A stretch of 64,000 nt of DNA from assembly GCA_900318015.1 (NCBI GenBank), contig ONJB01000006.1, positions 9,658-73,657 of the forward strand, read 5' to 3'. Position numbers and translations under genes: made by a program. The number at the start of each line of letters is the position of its first letter. The first letter of the stretch is position 1. Shown here piece after piece: positions 18,042 through 26,617 of this stretch. This stretch comes from an uncultured Bacteroidales bacterium (GTDB lineage: Bacteria; Bacteroidota; Bacteroidia; Bacteroidales; UBA932). Below the pieces are notes generated by a model. It made no database searches and had not been told where the DNA came from. It worked only from the letters and a program-made list of their open reading frames with translations.

Positions 18042-18688
18042 CGGAAAACATCGAGGCGATTGTCCTGGGATATACGAAGTTCGGCGAGAACTCGGTCGTC
18101 GTGCATACGCTGTCGGAAGCCTATGGACGGCGGGGGTTCCTCGTCCGCGTGGGCAAGAAAGCGGGGATGGCCCTGCTCCTGCCCCTGAACATCCTGGAGA
18201 TGGACATCGTCCCGAATCCGAAATCCACCCTCTGGAGCGCCCGGAACCTGACGGCGAAAGACCCCCTGAACGGCATCCGGAACAACCTGTACAAGAACAC
18301 GATGAGCCTGTTCCTGTCGGAGGTGCTCCTGCGCGCCGTCAAGGACGGGCAGGCGGAGGACGGCCTCTATCCCTGGTGTGTCCGCAGCATCCTGACCCTC
18401 AACGGTCTCGACAGCGACTTCTCCAACTTCCACATCCGGTTCCTGCTGGAATTCGCCGGCGCCCTGGGCTTCAGCCCCACCTTCGAGGACATCGCCCCCT
18501 TTGCGGAAAAGCACCTGGCGCAGCTCAAGCCCTTCCTGACGGCGGGCTTCACCGAGTCCATGCTCCTTCCGCTCCGGGGCGAGGAGCGCAACGCCCTGTG
18601 TGAAGACCTCTTGCGGTACCTCGAGTATCACACCGAATCCACCCTCCGCGTCCATTCCCTCGCGGTGCTGCGGGAAGTGTTCGGATAA
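18038..18688 (+). CDS. recO: DNA repair protein RecO
   Basis: EAIVLGYTKFGENSVVVHTLSEAYGRR OB-fold start; SLFLSEVL; ends SLAVLREVF as in Bacteroidota RecO; ATGA overlap with rdgB. Confidence 0.88.
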   Translation: MTENIEAIVLGYTKFGENSVVVHTLSEAYGRRGFLVRVGKKAGMALLLPLNILEMDIVPNPKSTLWSARNLTAKDPLNGIRNNLYKNTMSLFLSEVLLRAVKDGQAEDGLYPWCVRSILTLNGLDSDFSNFHIRFLLEFAGALGFSPTFEDIAPFAEKHLAQLKPFLTAGFTESMLLPLRGEERNALCEDLLRYLEYHTESTLRVHSLAVLREVFG

Positions 18689-18728
18689 TAATTTTGTACC
18701 TTCCCTGCGGTTTTTCGTTCGGATTTGT

Positions 18729-18736
18729 TATCTTTG
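18729..18736 (+). promoter_or_regulatory. -7 promoter box for the oxidoreductase gene
   Basis: TATCTTTG 31 nt upstream of ATG 18768; a second match, TAATTTTG, lies at 18689-18696. Confidence 0.65.
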
Positions 18737-18767
18737 ATAGCCCAAACACTGAACTAACCGCATCGAC

Positions 18768-21700
18768 ATGTACAAAATCACGGAGCATCCCATCCTCTGC
18801 GTTCCGCAGGAGGACCTGCATTCGTTCATCTTCGAAGGACAGACCGTCACCGGCCAGAAAGGACAGACCATCGCCGCCGCCCTGCACCAGGCGGGTTTTC
18901 CCGTCCATCACCACAGCCTGAAAGACCGCAACCGCACGATGGAGTGCGGCATCGGCAAATGCGGCGCCTGCGAGATGGTCGTGGACGGCCACATCCGCCG
19001 CATCTGCATCACGAAAGTGGACGGCGTGAAGGAAGTCCACCGTGCCGGGACCGAAAGCTTTGCCGAAGTCCGGGCCGTGACGGAAGAGGCCCCCAAGAAG
19101 ATCTACAAGACCACGGTCGCCATCATCGGCGCAGGCCCGGCCGGCCTCGCCGTCCGCGAGGAACTCCGGGCGGCCGGGGTGGACTGTCTCGTGATCGACA
19201 ACAACAGCGCCATCGGCGGCCAGTTCCGGATGCAGACACACCAGTTCTTCTTTTTCGAGAACCGGAAGAAGTTCGGCGGCATGCGCGGCTTCGACATCGC
19301 CGAAACCCTCGCCGGCAACTCCCGGGAAGGGATCCTGCTGGATAGCGTCGTCTGGGATATCCTGGAAGGCAAACGCCTGGCCGTCAAGAATGTAGCCACC
19401 CAGGAAATCTTCTATGTCGATGCCGACCAGCTCGTGGTGGCGGCCGGCGCGCTCCCCTTCATGCCCGCCTTCAAGAATGACGACCTCCCGGGCGTCTATA
19501 CCGCCGCCGTCGTGCAGCGGATGATGAACACGGAGTTCACCCTCCTCGGCAAGAACATCCTCACCGTGGGCGCCGGCAACATCGGCTATCTCACCTCCTA
19601 CCAGGCGATGCAGGCCGGGGCGAAGGTCAAGGCCATCATCGAGGCCATGCCTGCCGAGGGCGGTTTCCCTGTCCAGGCGAACCGCGTCCGCCGGCTCGGC
19701 ATCCCCATTCTCACGTCCTACACCCTCGTGGAAGCGATTCCGAACGCGGACCGCACCGGCATCACGGGCGCCATCATCGCGAAGTGCGAGAACTTCAAGC
19801 CCATCCCGGGAACGGAGGTACGCATCGACGGAATCGACTGCATCAACATCTGTACGGGCCTGCTGCCCGACAACCAGCTCCTGAAGAAGGGCGCGGAAGT
19901 CTTCGGACGCGCCTGCCACGGCGTGGGCGACGCCGTCCGGATCGGCGAGGGAACCTCCGCCGTCCTCCGCGGCCGCCAGTGCGCCTACGAGGTCATGATG
20001 GACCTCGGGAAGCGCGTGGATTACAGCAACTACCTCACGATCTCCAAGGACTACGTCGACTCCCAGCAGCGGCCCGTCCGCCTGCTGGACAAGCCCGCGA
20101 TGCCGACTGGCGAAAGAAGGGTATCCAAGGGCTTTGTCATCGCGGACTGCCTGTACGGTTTCGCCTGCAACCCTTGCTCGTTCTCCTGCAAGCAAGGCGC
20201 GATCACCAAGAGTTCCACGTCCGTCACGCCGGTCATCGACTATGACAAGTGCATCGGCTGCATGGAATGCGTGGCGCAGTGCCCGGGCCTGGCCATCTTC
20301 GGCTACCGCCAGGACCGCAGCCAGCTCTTCCTCCCGTTGGAATTCAACCTGCCGGAAGGCGCCAAGGAGGTCTTCCTGGTCGATGACAACGGCAAGAAAG
20401 TGGGCGAAGGCGAGATCGAGCGCGTGATCCCCAAGCCCAACAAGACGAACATCGCCGTCATCAAAGCCATCCGCCTGGACGGCCCCATCACCGATGCCCG
20501 CGGCTTCATCCTCAAGGAGTATTATCCCGAGCCGCTGGAACTGGTCCCCTGCGGCGCCGATGCAGACGATACCTACGTCTGCCACTGTGAGGACGTAAGT
20601 CTCAAGGAACTGCTGGAAGCCCTGAAAGGCCGCACGAGCATTACCGCGCAGGAACTCAAGCATGTGACCCGGCTGGGCATGGGACCGTGCCGCGGTTCCC
20701 GCTGCCTTCCCCGCGCCAAGCAGATCCTGCGGCAGTACGGCATCGAGGTGACCGGCGAGTTCACCCCGCGCGGCCCGATGGCGAACCTCGTGGAAATCGG
20801 CAATGTCTGCAATCTCACCGGGGCCCATACCCTCGTCACCTCCCCGCAGTTCTCCGACGCGGAGGCCGTGGAGGTGGGCGCGTTCGTCGCCGGCGGCGGC
20901 ATGGCCGGTACGGCCCTGTTCCGCTACTTCGCCGAAGCCGGCCTGAAGCCGGTCCTCGTGAACAAGGAGCACGGCAGTTCCTGGCGCTGCATCGCGGGTG
21001 GCCGACCGGCTTTCTCCGTCCCCGCCCTCGCGGAAATCGCCAATGGAAACCTTCAGATTTTCAGAGAGTTGCAGGCCAAGTGCGACATCGATTTCAAGAT
21101 GACGCGCTATGTGAACTTCGTCCACGACGAAGCCACCTACAAGAGCCTCGACGCCTCCCGGGCCTGGTCCGACGCCTACATGATCGACAAGAAGGATTTC
21201 GCCCGCGAGATTTCCCCGTACATCAATCCGGACCTGGACATCTACACCCACGCCCTCATTTCCAACGACTGCTGGCAGGCCAGCCCCGGCAAGACCATCG
21301 ACACGGTGCGCCGCATCGGCATCGGCCTGGGCGGCCAGGTGATGGAAGACACGGAACTCATCGACGTGGCGAAAGACGGGAAGACCTTCCTGGTCACGGT
21401 GCGGACGGCCGACGGACGTTTCCGGAAGTTCAAGACGGCCGTCTTCGTGAACGCCCTCGGCGCCGGCGCGGAAAAATTCGCCCGGATGCTGGGCATTGAC
21501 ACCGGTCTCTTCCCGGTCCGCCACCAGGCCTTCATCACCAAGCGGCTGCCGCTCATCGGCAAGGAAGGAGACTCGCTGGACATGCTCATCGACCGTCGCC
21601 ACTACAAGGGTTTCTCCGCCGTGTACGGCCAGCAGCTCGCCGCCACCGGCCAAATCATCGGCTGCGCCTCCCCCGCCACCGACGCGGCGGAAGCCGGCAA

Positions 21701-21998
21701 GAACCTGAAGGTCAATACGCAGGCCTTCCTGGAGATTGCCACCGAAGTCTTCACCGAGTGGATTCCGCAGCTCAAGGGCATGAGCCTCCAGGCCACCTGG
21801 TGCGGCTACTATACCGAACCGCGCTACATCGTGGACCCGGCCGCGGGCCTGTTCGTCGGCATGCGCGGACACGGTTTCATGCTGTCGCAGTACATTGCGA
21901 AACTGTACGTGGACACCCTCCTCGGACGGCCTGTCCCCGCCTTCTTCGCAGACCTCGGCCTCGCCGGCTCCGGCCTCAGCGAAAACGCCTTCAAATAG
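18768..21998 (+). CDS. Single-chain multidomain Fe-S/flavin oxidoreductase (2Fe-2S, Pyr_redox, 2x4Fe-4S, BFD-like 2Fe-2S, DAO-family FAD domain)
   Basis: CGIGKCGAC...C; GAGPAG and GAGNIG; CLYGFACNPCSFSC and CIGCMECVAQCP; VCHCEDV...GMGPCRGSRC; GGGMAG...GSSWRCIAG and GMRGHGFML. Confidence 0.9.
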   Translation: MYKITEHPILCVPQEDLHSFIFEGQTVTGQKGQTIAAALHQAGFPVHHHSLKDRNRTMECGIGKCGACEMVVDGHIRRICITKVDGVKEVHRAGTESFAEVRAVTEEAPKKIYKTTVAIIGAGPAGLAVREELRAAGVDCLVIDNNSAIGGQFRMQTHQFFFFENRKKFGGMRGFDIAETLAGNSREGILLDSVVWDILEGKRLAVKNVATQEIFYVDADQLVVAAGALPFMPAFKNDDLPGVYTAAVVQRMMNTEFTLLGKNILTVGAGNIGYLTSYQAMQAGAKVKAIIEAMPAEGGFPVQANRVRRLGIPILTSYTLVEAIPNADRTGITGAIIAKCENFKPIPGTEVRIDGIDCINICTGLLPDNQLLKKGAEVFGRACHGVGDAVRIGEGTSAVLRGRQCAYEVMMDLGKRVDYSNYLTISKDYVDSQQRPVRLLDKPAMPTGERRVSKGFVIADCLYGFACNPCSFSCKQGAITKSSTSVTPVIDYDKCIGCMECVAQCPGLAIFGYRQDRSQLFLPLEFNLPEGAKEVFLVDDNGKKVGEGEIERVIPKPNKTNIAVIKAIRLDGPITDARGFILKEYYPEPLELVPCGADADDTYVCHCEDVSLKELLEALKGRTSITAQELKHVTRLGMGPCRGSRCLPRAKQILRQYGIEVTGEFTPRGPMANLVEIGNVCNLTGAHTLVTSPQFSDAEAVEVGAFVAGGGMAGTALFRYFAEAGLKPVLVNKEHGSSWRCIAGGRPAFSVPALAEIANGNLQIFRELQAKCDIDFKMTRYVNFVHDEATYKSLDASRAWSDAYMIDKKDFAREISPYINPDLDIYTHALISNDCWQASPGKTIDTVRRIGIGLGGQVMEDTELIDVAKDGKTFLVTVRTADGRFRKFKTAVFVNALGAGAEKFARMLGIDTGLFPVRHQAFITKRLPLIGKEGDSLDMLIDRRHYKGFSAVYGQQLAATGQIIGCASPATDAAEAGKNLKVNTQAFLEIATEVFTEWIPQLKGMSLQATWCGYYTEPRYIVDPAAGLFVGMRGHGFMLSQYIAKLYVDTLLGRPVPAFFADLGLAGSGLSENAFK

Positions 21999-21999
21999 A

Positions 22000-24213
22000 T
22001 TATTTCCGGCCCTTTTTCAATCGTTCCCGTTCGGCCTTCAAGGCGCCCTTCCGGGGCGTCGAGGCCGCCTTGCGGGACGCCCGGCCGGGCTTGCGGGGAC
22101 GGGGCGGCATCGGAGCGTCCACGAGGGACTCGATGTAGTCGTCCTCCGAAGGGGCCGGCACGTTCTCCATCTCCGGCTCCACCAGTTCGTAGTCCAGGAG
22201 CTTCTGCTCCAGGTTGGTGCCCTTGACGCGGATGCGGAGCGGGTCGCCGAGCTTGATGACGCCGTGCTTGCGCCGGCCGACGGCCCGGTAGTGGTCCTCG
22301 TCGAAATCGTAGAAGTCCGACCGGATGGTCCTGTAGGGAATCATGCCCTCGATCTTGGTGGGCTCGATTTCCACGTAGATGCCCCATTGGGTGACGCCGG
22401 ACACGTGGCCGTCGAATTCCTGGCCCACCTTGTCTTCCATGAACTCCACGAGCTTGTACTTGACACTCTCGCGCTCGGCCTCCGCAGCGATGACTTCGCG
22501 CTCGGAGGCGTGCTTGCACTGGGCGGTGTAGTAATCCAGGGACTGGGAATCCGCCCCGCGGAGGTACATCGCGAGGAGGCGGTGCACCATCACGTCCGGA
22601 TAGCGGCGGATCGGGGAGGTGAAATGCGTGTAGAACTTGAACGCCAGGCCGTAATGGCCGATGTTGTCGGTACTGTAGCAGGCCTTTGCCATGGACCGGA
22701 GCGCCAGAATCTGGATCGCGCCCAGTTCCGGCTTCTCCTTGGCGTCGGCCAGGAGGTTGTTCAGGGACAGGGCGATGTCCTTGCCGCTGCCGATGGGCCC
22801 CATCTTGAAGCCCAGGTTGCCGGCGAACTCGCGCAGGCCGGTGAGTTTCTCGAGGTTGGGTTCGTCATGGACCCGGTAGACGAAAGTCTTGGGGTTCGCG
22901 AGGGCCTTGCCGCCCATCTTGCCGCCGGAGGCGACGAACTCCGCCACGGAGCGGTTTGCCAGGAGCATGAACTCCTCGATGAGCCAGTTGGCTTCCTTGG
23001 AGAACTTCTGGTGCACGCCGACGGGCTTGCCGTTCTCGTCGATGTCGACCTTCATCTCGGGCCGGTCGAAATTGACGGCGCCGGCCGCGAAACGCCGCTT
23101 GCGCAGGATCAGGGCCAGCTTGTTGAGCCGGAGGACGGCTTCCTTCACCTCGTCCGGGACGATCCCGCACTCGGAGCCGGCGCCGAATTCCTGTTTCATG
23201 GCCTCGTCGCCTGCGTCGATGATTTCCTGGGCCAGCTCATAGGAGAACCGGTAGTCGGAAATGATTTCCGTCCGGCCGAACCAGGGGTTGATGACCTTGG
23301 CGAGCGGGGTGATCTCGAAGACCGCGGAGAACGTGAGTTTCTCCTCGTGCGGACGGAGAGAGCACAGCTTGTTGGAGAGCTTTTCCGGCAGCATCGGCAC
23401 GGTGCGGTCCACCAGGTAGACGGAGGTGCCGCGGGCCTGCGCTTCGATGTCCACGGGGGTTCCCGGTTTCACGTAGTAGGTGACGTCGGCGATATGGATG
23501 CCCACCTCGAAGTTGCCGTTGTCCAGTTTCCGGAACGACAGGGCGTCGTCGTAGTCCTTGGCGTCGGCCGGGTCGATGGTGAAGGTGAGGGTCTTGCGGA
23601 AGTCCTTGCGGCCGGCGCGGTCCTTGTCGGTGATTTCGTCGGAAATCTGGTCCGCCGCGTTCTCCACGGCCTTTTCGAACTTGTAGGGAAGGCCGAATTC
23701 CGCCAGGATGGCGTGCATCTCAGTATCGTTTTCGCCCGGCATGCCCAGGATGTCCACGACATGGCCGATGGGCCCGGCCTCGCCGCGCGGCCACTCGTCC
23801 ACGACGGCCGCGACCTTCATGCCACGCACGCCGCCTTCCGGGACCGGCACCGAGATGTCGTAAGGCATCGTCTTGGAAGACATCAGCACCCAAGCCTGTT
23901 TCCCGACGATGTGGAGGATGCCCACGAAAGGCTTCTTGGAACGTTCGAGGATGGCCACGATCTCGCCGCTGCGCCGCCGGACATTGCCTTCCCGTTCCTG
24001 GGTGACGGCCACCCGCACGGTATCCCCATGGAGGGCTCCCCGGGTCTTGGAGGCCTTGACGAAGACGTCTTCCTCCTGCCCCTCGATGCGGACGAACACG
24101 AATCCCTCGCGGGACATCATCGCCGTTCCCACGAATTCGGGAACGATCCGCATTTTCTTCAACCTTTTCTCCGCCTTGGCGATGCGCCCCCGGACGTTCT
24201 TTCTTTTGCTCAT
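22000..24213 (-). CDS. rnr: Ribonuclease R
   Basis: Cold-shock domain (REGFVFV...GALHGDTV), RNB motifs TIDPADAKDYDDALS, LIEEFMLLAN, HFTSPIRRYPDVMVHR, an S1 domain and a basic C-terminal tail. Confidence 0.95.
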   Translation of the reverse strand: MSKRKNVRGRIAKAEKRLKKMRIVPEFVGTAMMSREGFVFVRIEGQEEDVFVKASKTRGALHGDTVRVAVTQEREGNVRRRSGEIVAILERSKKPFVGILHIVGKQAWVLMSSKTMPYDISVPVPEGGVRGMKVAAVVDEWPRGEAGPIGHVVDILGMPGENDTEMHAILAEFGLPYKFEKAVENAADQISDEITDKDRAGRKDFRKTLTFTIDPADAKDYDDALSFRKLDNGNFEVGIHIADVTYYVKPGTPVDIEAQARGTSVYLVDRTVPMLPEKLSNKLCSLRPHEEKLTFSAVFEITPLAKVINPWFGRTEIISDYRFSYELAQEIIDAGDEAMKQEFGAGSECGIVPDEVKEAVLRLNKLALILRKRRFAAGAVNFDRPEMKVDIDENGKPVGVHQKFSKEANWLIEEFMLLANRSVAEFVASGGKMGGKALANPKTFVYRVHDEPNLEKLTGLREFAGNLGFKMGPIGSGKDIALSLNNLLADAKEKPELGAIQILALRSMAKACYSTDNIGHYGLAFKFYTHFTSPIRRYPDVMVHRLLAMYLRGADSQSLDYYTAQCKHASEREVIAAEAERESVKYKLVEFMEDKVGQEFDGHVSGVTQWGIYVEIEPTKIEGMIPYRTIRSDFYDFDEDHYRAVGRRKHGVIKLGDPLRIRVKGTNLEQKLLDYELVEPEMENVPAPSEDDYIESLVDAPMPPRPRKPGRASRKAASTPRKGALKAERERLKKGRK

Positions 24214-24231
24214 AACGTTTGCTTTAGCAAG

Positions 24232-24286
24232 CAAAGATACGAATAATCGCGGTTATTTGAAAGCCGCGTTTTTTTCATTACTTTTG
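24232..24286. promoter_or_regulatory. Divergent promoters (rnr / GH3 operon) with an intervening hairpin
   Basis: TATCTTTG on minus (24232-24239); TTTG (24256-24259) plus TACTTTTG (24279-24286) on plus with a 19-nt spacer; CGCGG...CCGCG stem at 24248-24268. Confidence 0.6.
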
Positions 24287-24308
24287 TAGATAAACCTATC
24301 CTTTCGTC

Positions 24309-26615
24309 ATGAAGAACCACACCATACTCTGCCTCCTCTCCGCCGCCGCTGTCCTTTCCGCCTGCGGCCCGAAGGCCCCGTTGTACAAAGATGCGGACCG
24401 GTCCGCGGAGGAACGGGCGGACGACCTCCTGAAACGGATGACCGTCGAAGAGAAACTGGGGCAGCTCCTGTGCCCGCTGGGCTGGCCCATGTACGACAAG
24501 GTATCGGCCGACAGCGTGACCATTTCCGACGCCTACCGGGATTTCATCCAAAACCAGCACGGAGGCATGCTCTGGGCTGTTTTCCGGGCCGATCCCTGGA
24601 CCCGGAAGACCCTGGAGAACGGACTCGACCCCACGCTCGCCGCGAAGGCGTACAACGCCCTGCAGCGCTATGCGATGGACAGTACCCGGCTCGGAATCCC
24701 CATCATCCTGGCCGAGGAGGCGCCGCACGGGCACATGGCCATCGGCACGACGGTGTTCCCCACCTCGATCGGCCTGGCATCCACCTGGGACACGGAACTC
24801 GTGGAGCTGGTGGGGGAAACCATCGGCACGGAACTGCAGGCGCAGGGGGCGACCATCGGCTACGGCCCGGTCATCGACCTGGCCCGCGAACCGCGCTGGT
24901 CCCGCGTGGAAGAAACCTATGGAGAAGACGTCTATCTGACCTCGGAGATGGCTTCCGCGATGGTGCGGGGCACTTCCTCGAAGGGCGTGGTCTCCACCCT
25001 CAAGCATTTCGTCGCCTATGGTGTCCCGGAAGGCGGCCATAACGGCAATCCGTCCATCATCGGGATGCGCGACCTCCAGGAGAACGTCTTGCCCACCTTC
25101 AAGGCCGCCATCGACGCCGGCGCCCTGTCCGTGATGACCTCCTACAACTCCCTGGACGGCATTCCCACCACATGCAACGCGGATCTCCTGACCGGCGTCC
25201 TACGCGATGACTGGGGCTTCCGAGGATTCGTGGTCAGCGACCTGGAGAGCATCGACGGCCTCCAGACCAGCCACCATGTCGCGGCTTCCCGGCAGGAAGC
25301 CGGCGAGCTGGCGCTGAATGCCGGCGTGGACGTGGACCTGGGCGCGCACTGCTATGCGCAACTCAAGGAATCCGTGGAAAAGGGCCGGGTAAGCAAGGCT
25401 GTCCTGGACCGCGCCGTGAAGCGCGTCCTCGTCCGCAAGTTCGAGGCGGGCCTGTTCGACAACCCCTATGTCGATGAAAACGCGGCCGCGGGCCTCGTCC
25501 GCACGCCGGAGCATATCGAAGTGGCCGCCCAGGCAGCCCGGGAAGGCGTCGTCCTTCTCAAGAACAACGGGGTCCTGCCCCTGTCGAAGGGCATGACCGT
25601 CGCCCTCATCGGCCCGAATGCCGACAACCAGTACAACCAGCTGGGCGACTACACCGCCCCGCAGGCGGAAGACCACGTGGTCACGATGAAGGAAGGCCTC
25701 GAGGCCAAGGGAATCGACGTCCACTACGTGAAAGGCTGTGCCGTCCGCGACAAGGAACACTCTTCCATCGCACAGGCGCTCGTGGCCACGATGCTGTCCG
25801 ACGTCGCCGTGGTCGTGGTGGGCGGCTCCTCCGCCCGCGACTTCAAGACCAAGTACATCGACACCGGCGCGGCGGTCGTGGACGAGGAATCCGTCTCCGA
25901 CATGGAAGCCGGCGAAGGCTTCGACCGGGCGTCGCTGGACCTCCTGGGCCTCCAGGACGAGCTCCTGAAGGCGGTCCGGTCCGTCGGAAGGCCCGTCGTG
26001 GTGGTGTATGTCGAAGGCCGTCCGCTGGACAAGAAGTGGGCTGCTGACAGGGCCGACGCCCTCCTGACGATGTGGTACCCCGGCGGCGAGGGCGGCACGG
26101 CCCTGGCCGATGTCCTCTTCGGCGACTACAACCCGGCCGGACGCCTCCCCGTCAGCGTTCCCCGCGACGCAGGCCAGCTTCCGGTGTATTACAACAAGAA
26201 GAATCCGCGCGGACACGACTACGTGGAAATGACCGCCGACCCGCTCTATCCCTTCGGCTACGGCCTGAGCTACACGACTTTCGAGTATTCAGGCCTGACC
26301 GTTTCAGGCAGCGTTCCCAACGTGGAAGTGACCGTCAACGTGAAGAACACCGGCTCCCGCGACGGCGACGAGGTGGTCCAGCTGTATGTGGTGGACCCGC
26401 TCGCGTCCACCGTCCGGCCGCGGAAGCAGCTCCGCGCCTTCGACCGCGTGTTTGTCAAGGCTGGTGAAACAGTCCCCGTCACCCTGAAACTCGGCCCCGA
26501 TGCGTTCTCGCTCGTGAATGCCGCCGGGGACACGGTCACCGAACGCGGCGACTTCATCCTCCAGGTGGGCGCCTCCTCCGAGGACATCCGCCTGACAGAA
26601 ACGATTACATATTGA
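24309..26615 (+). CDS. GH3 beta-glucosidase/xylosidase family glycoside hydrolase, lipoprotein
   Basis: Lipobox VLSAC; TRLGIP, EEAPHG, REPRWSRVEETYGED, LKHF, FVVSD nucleophile region, PLYPFGYGLSYTTF and an Fn3-like tail. Confidence 0.93.
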   Translation: MKNHTILCLLSAAAVLSACGPKAPLYKDADRSAEERADDLLKRMTVEEKLGQLLCPLGWPMYDKVSADSVTISDAYRDFIQNQHGGMLWAVFRADPWTRKTLENGLDPTLAAKAYNALQRYAMDSTRLGIPIILAEEAPHGHMAIGTTVFPTSIGLASTWDTELVELVGETIGTELQAQGATIGYGPVIDLAREPRWSRVEETYGEDVYLTSEMASAMVRGTSSKGVVSTLKHFVAYGVPEGGHNGNPSIIGMRDLQENVLPTFKAAIDAGALSVMTSYNSLDGIPTTCNADLLTGVLRDDWGFRGFVVSDLESIDGLQTSHHVAASRQEAGELALNAGVDVDLGAHCYAQLKESVEKGRVSKAVLDRAVKRVLVRKFEAGLFDNPYVDENAAAGLVRTPEHIEVAAQAAREGVVLLKNNGVLPLSKGMTVALIGPNADNQYNQLGDYTAPQAEDHVVTMKEGLEAKGIDVHYVKGCAVRDKEHSSIAQALVATMLSDVAVVVVGGSSARDFKTKYIDTGAAVVDEESVSDMEAGEGFDRASLDLLGLQDELLKAVRSVGRPVVVVYVEGRPLDKKWAADRADALLTMWYPGGEGGTALADVLFGDYNPAGRLPVSVPRDAGQLPVYYNKKNPRGHDYVEMTADPLYPFGYGLSYTTFEYSGLTVSGSVPNVEVTVNVKNTGSRDGDEVVQLYVVDPLASTVRPRKQLRAFDRVFVKAGETVPVTLKLGPDAFSLVNAAGDTVTERGDFILQVGASSEDIRLTETITY

Positions 26616-26617
26616 CC

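Noticed and set aside
18768-21998. Naming the oxidoreductase hcnABC, soxAB or putA
   Set aside because: Shared modules do not determine substrate. The architecture includes a dicluster ferredoxin not typical of HcnABC and is unrelated to PutA.
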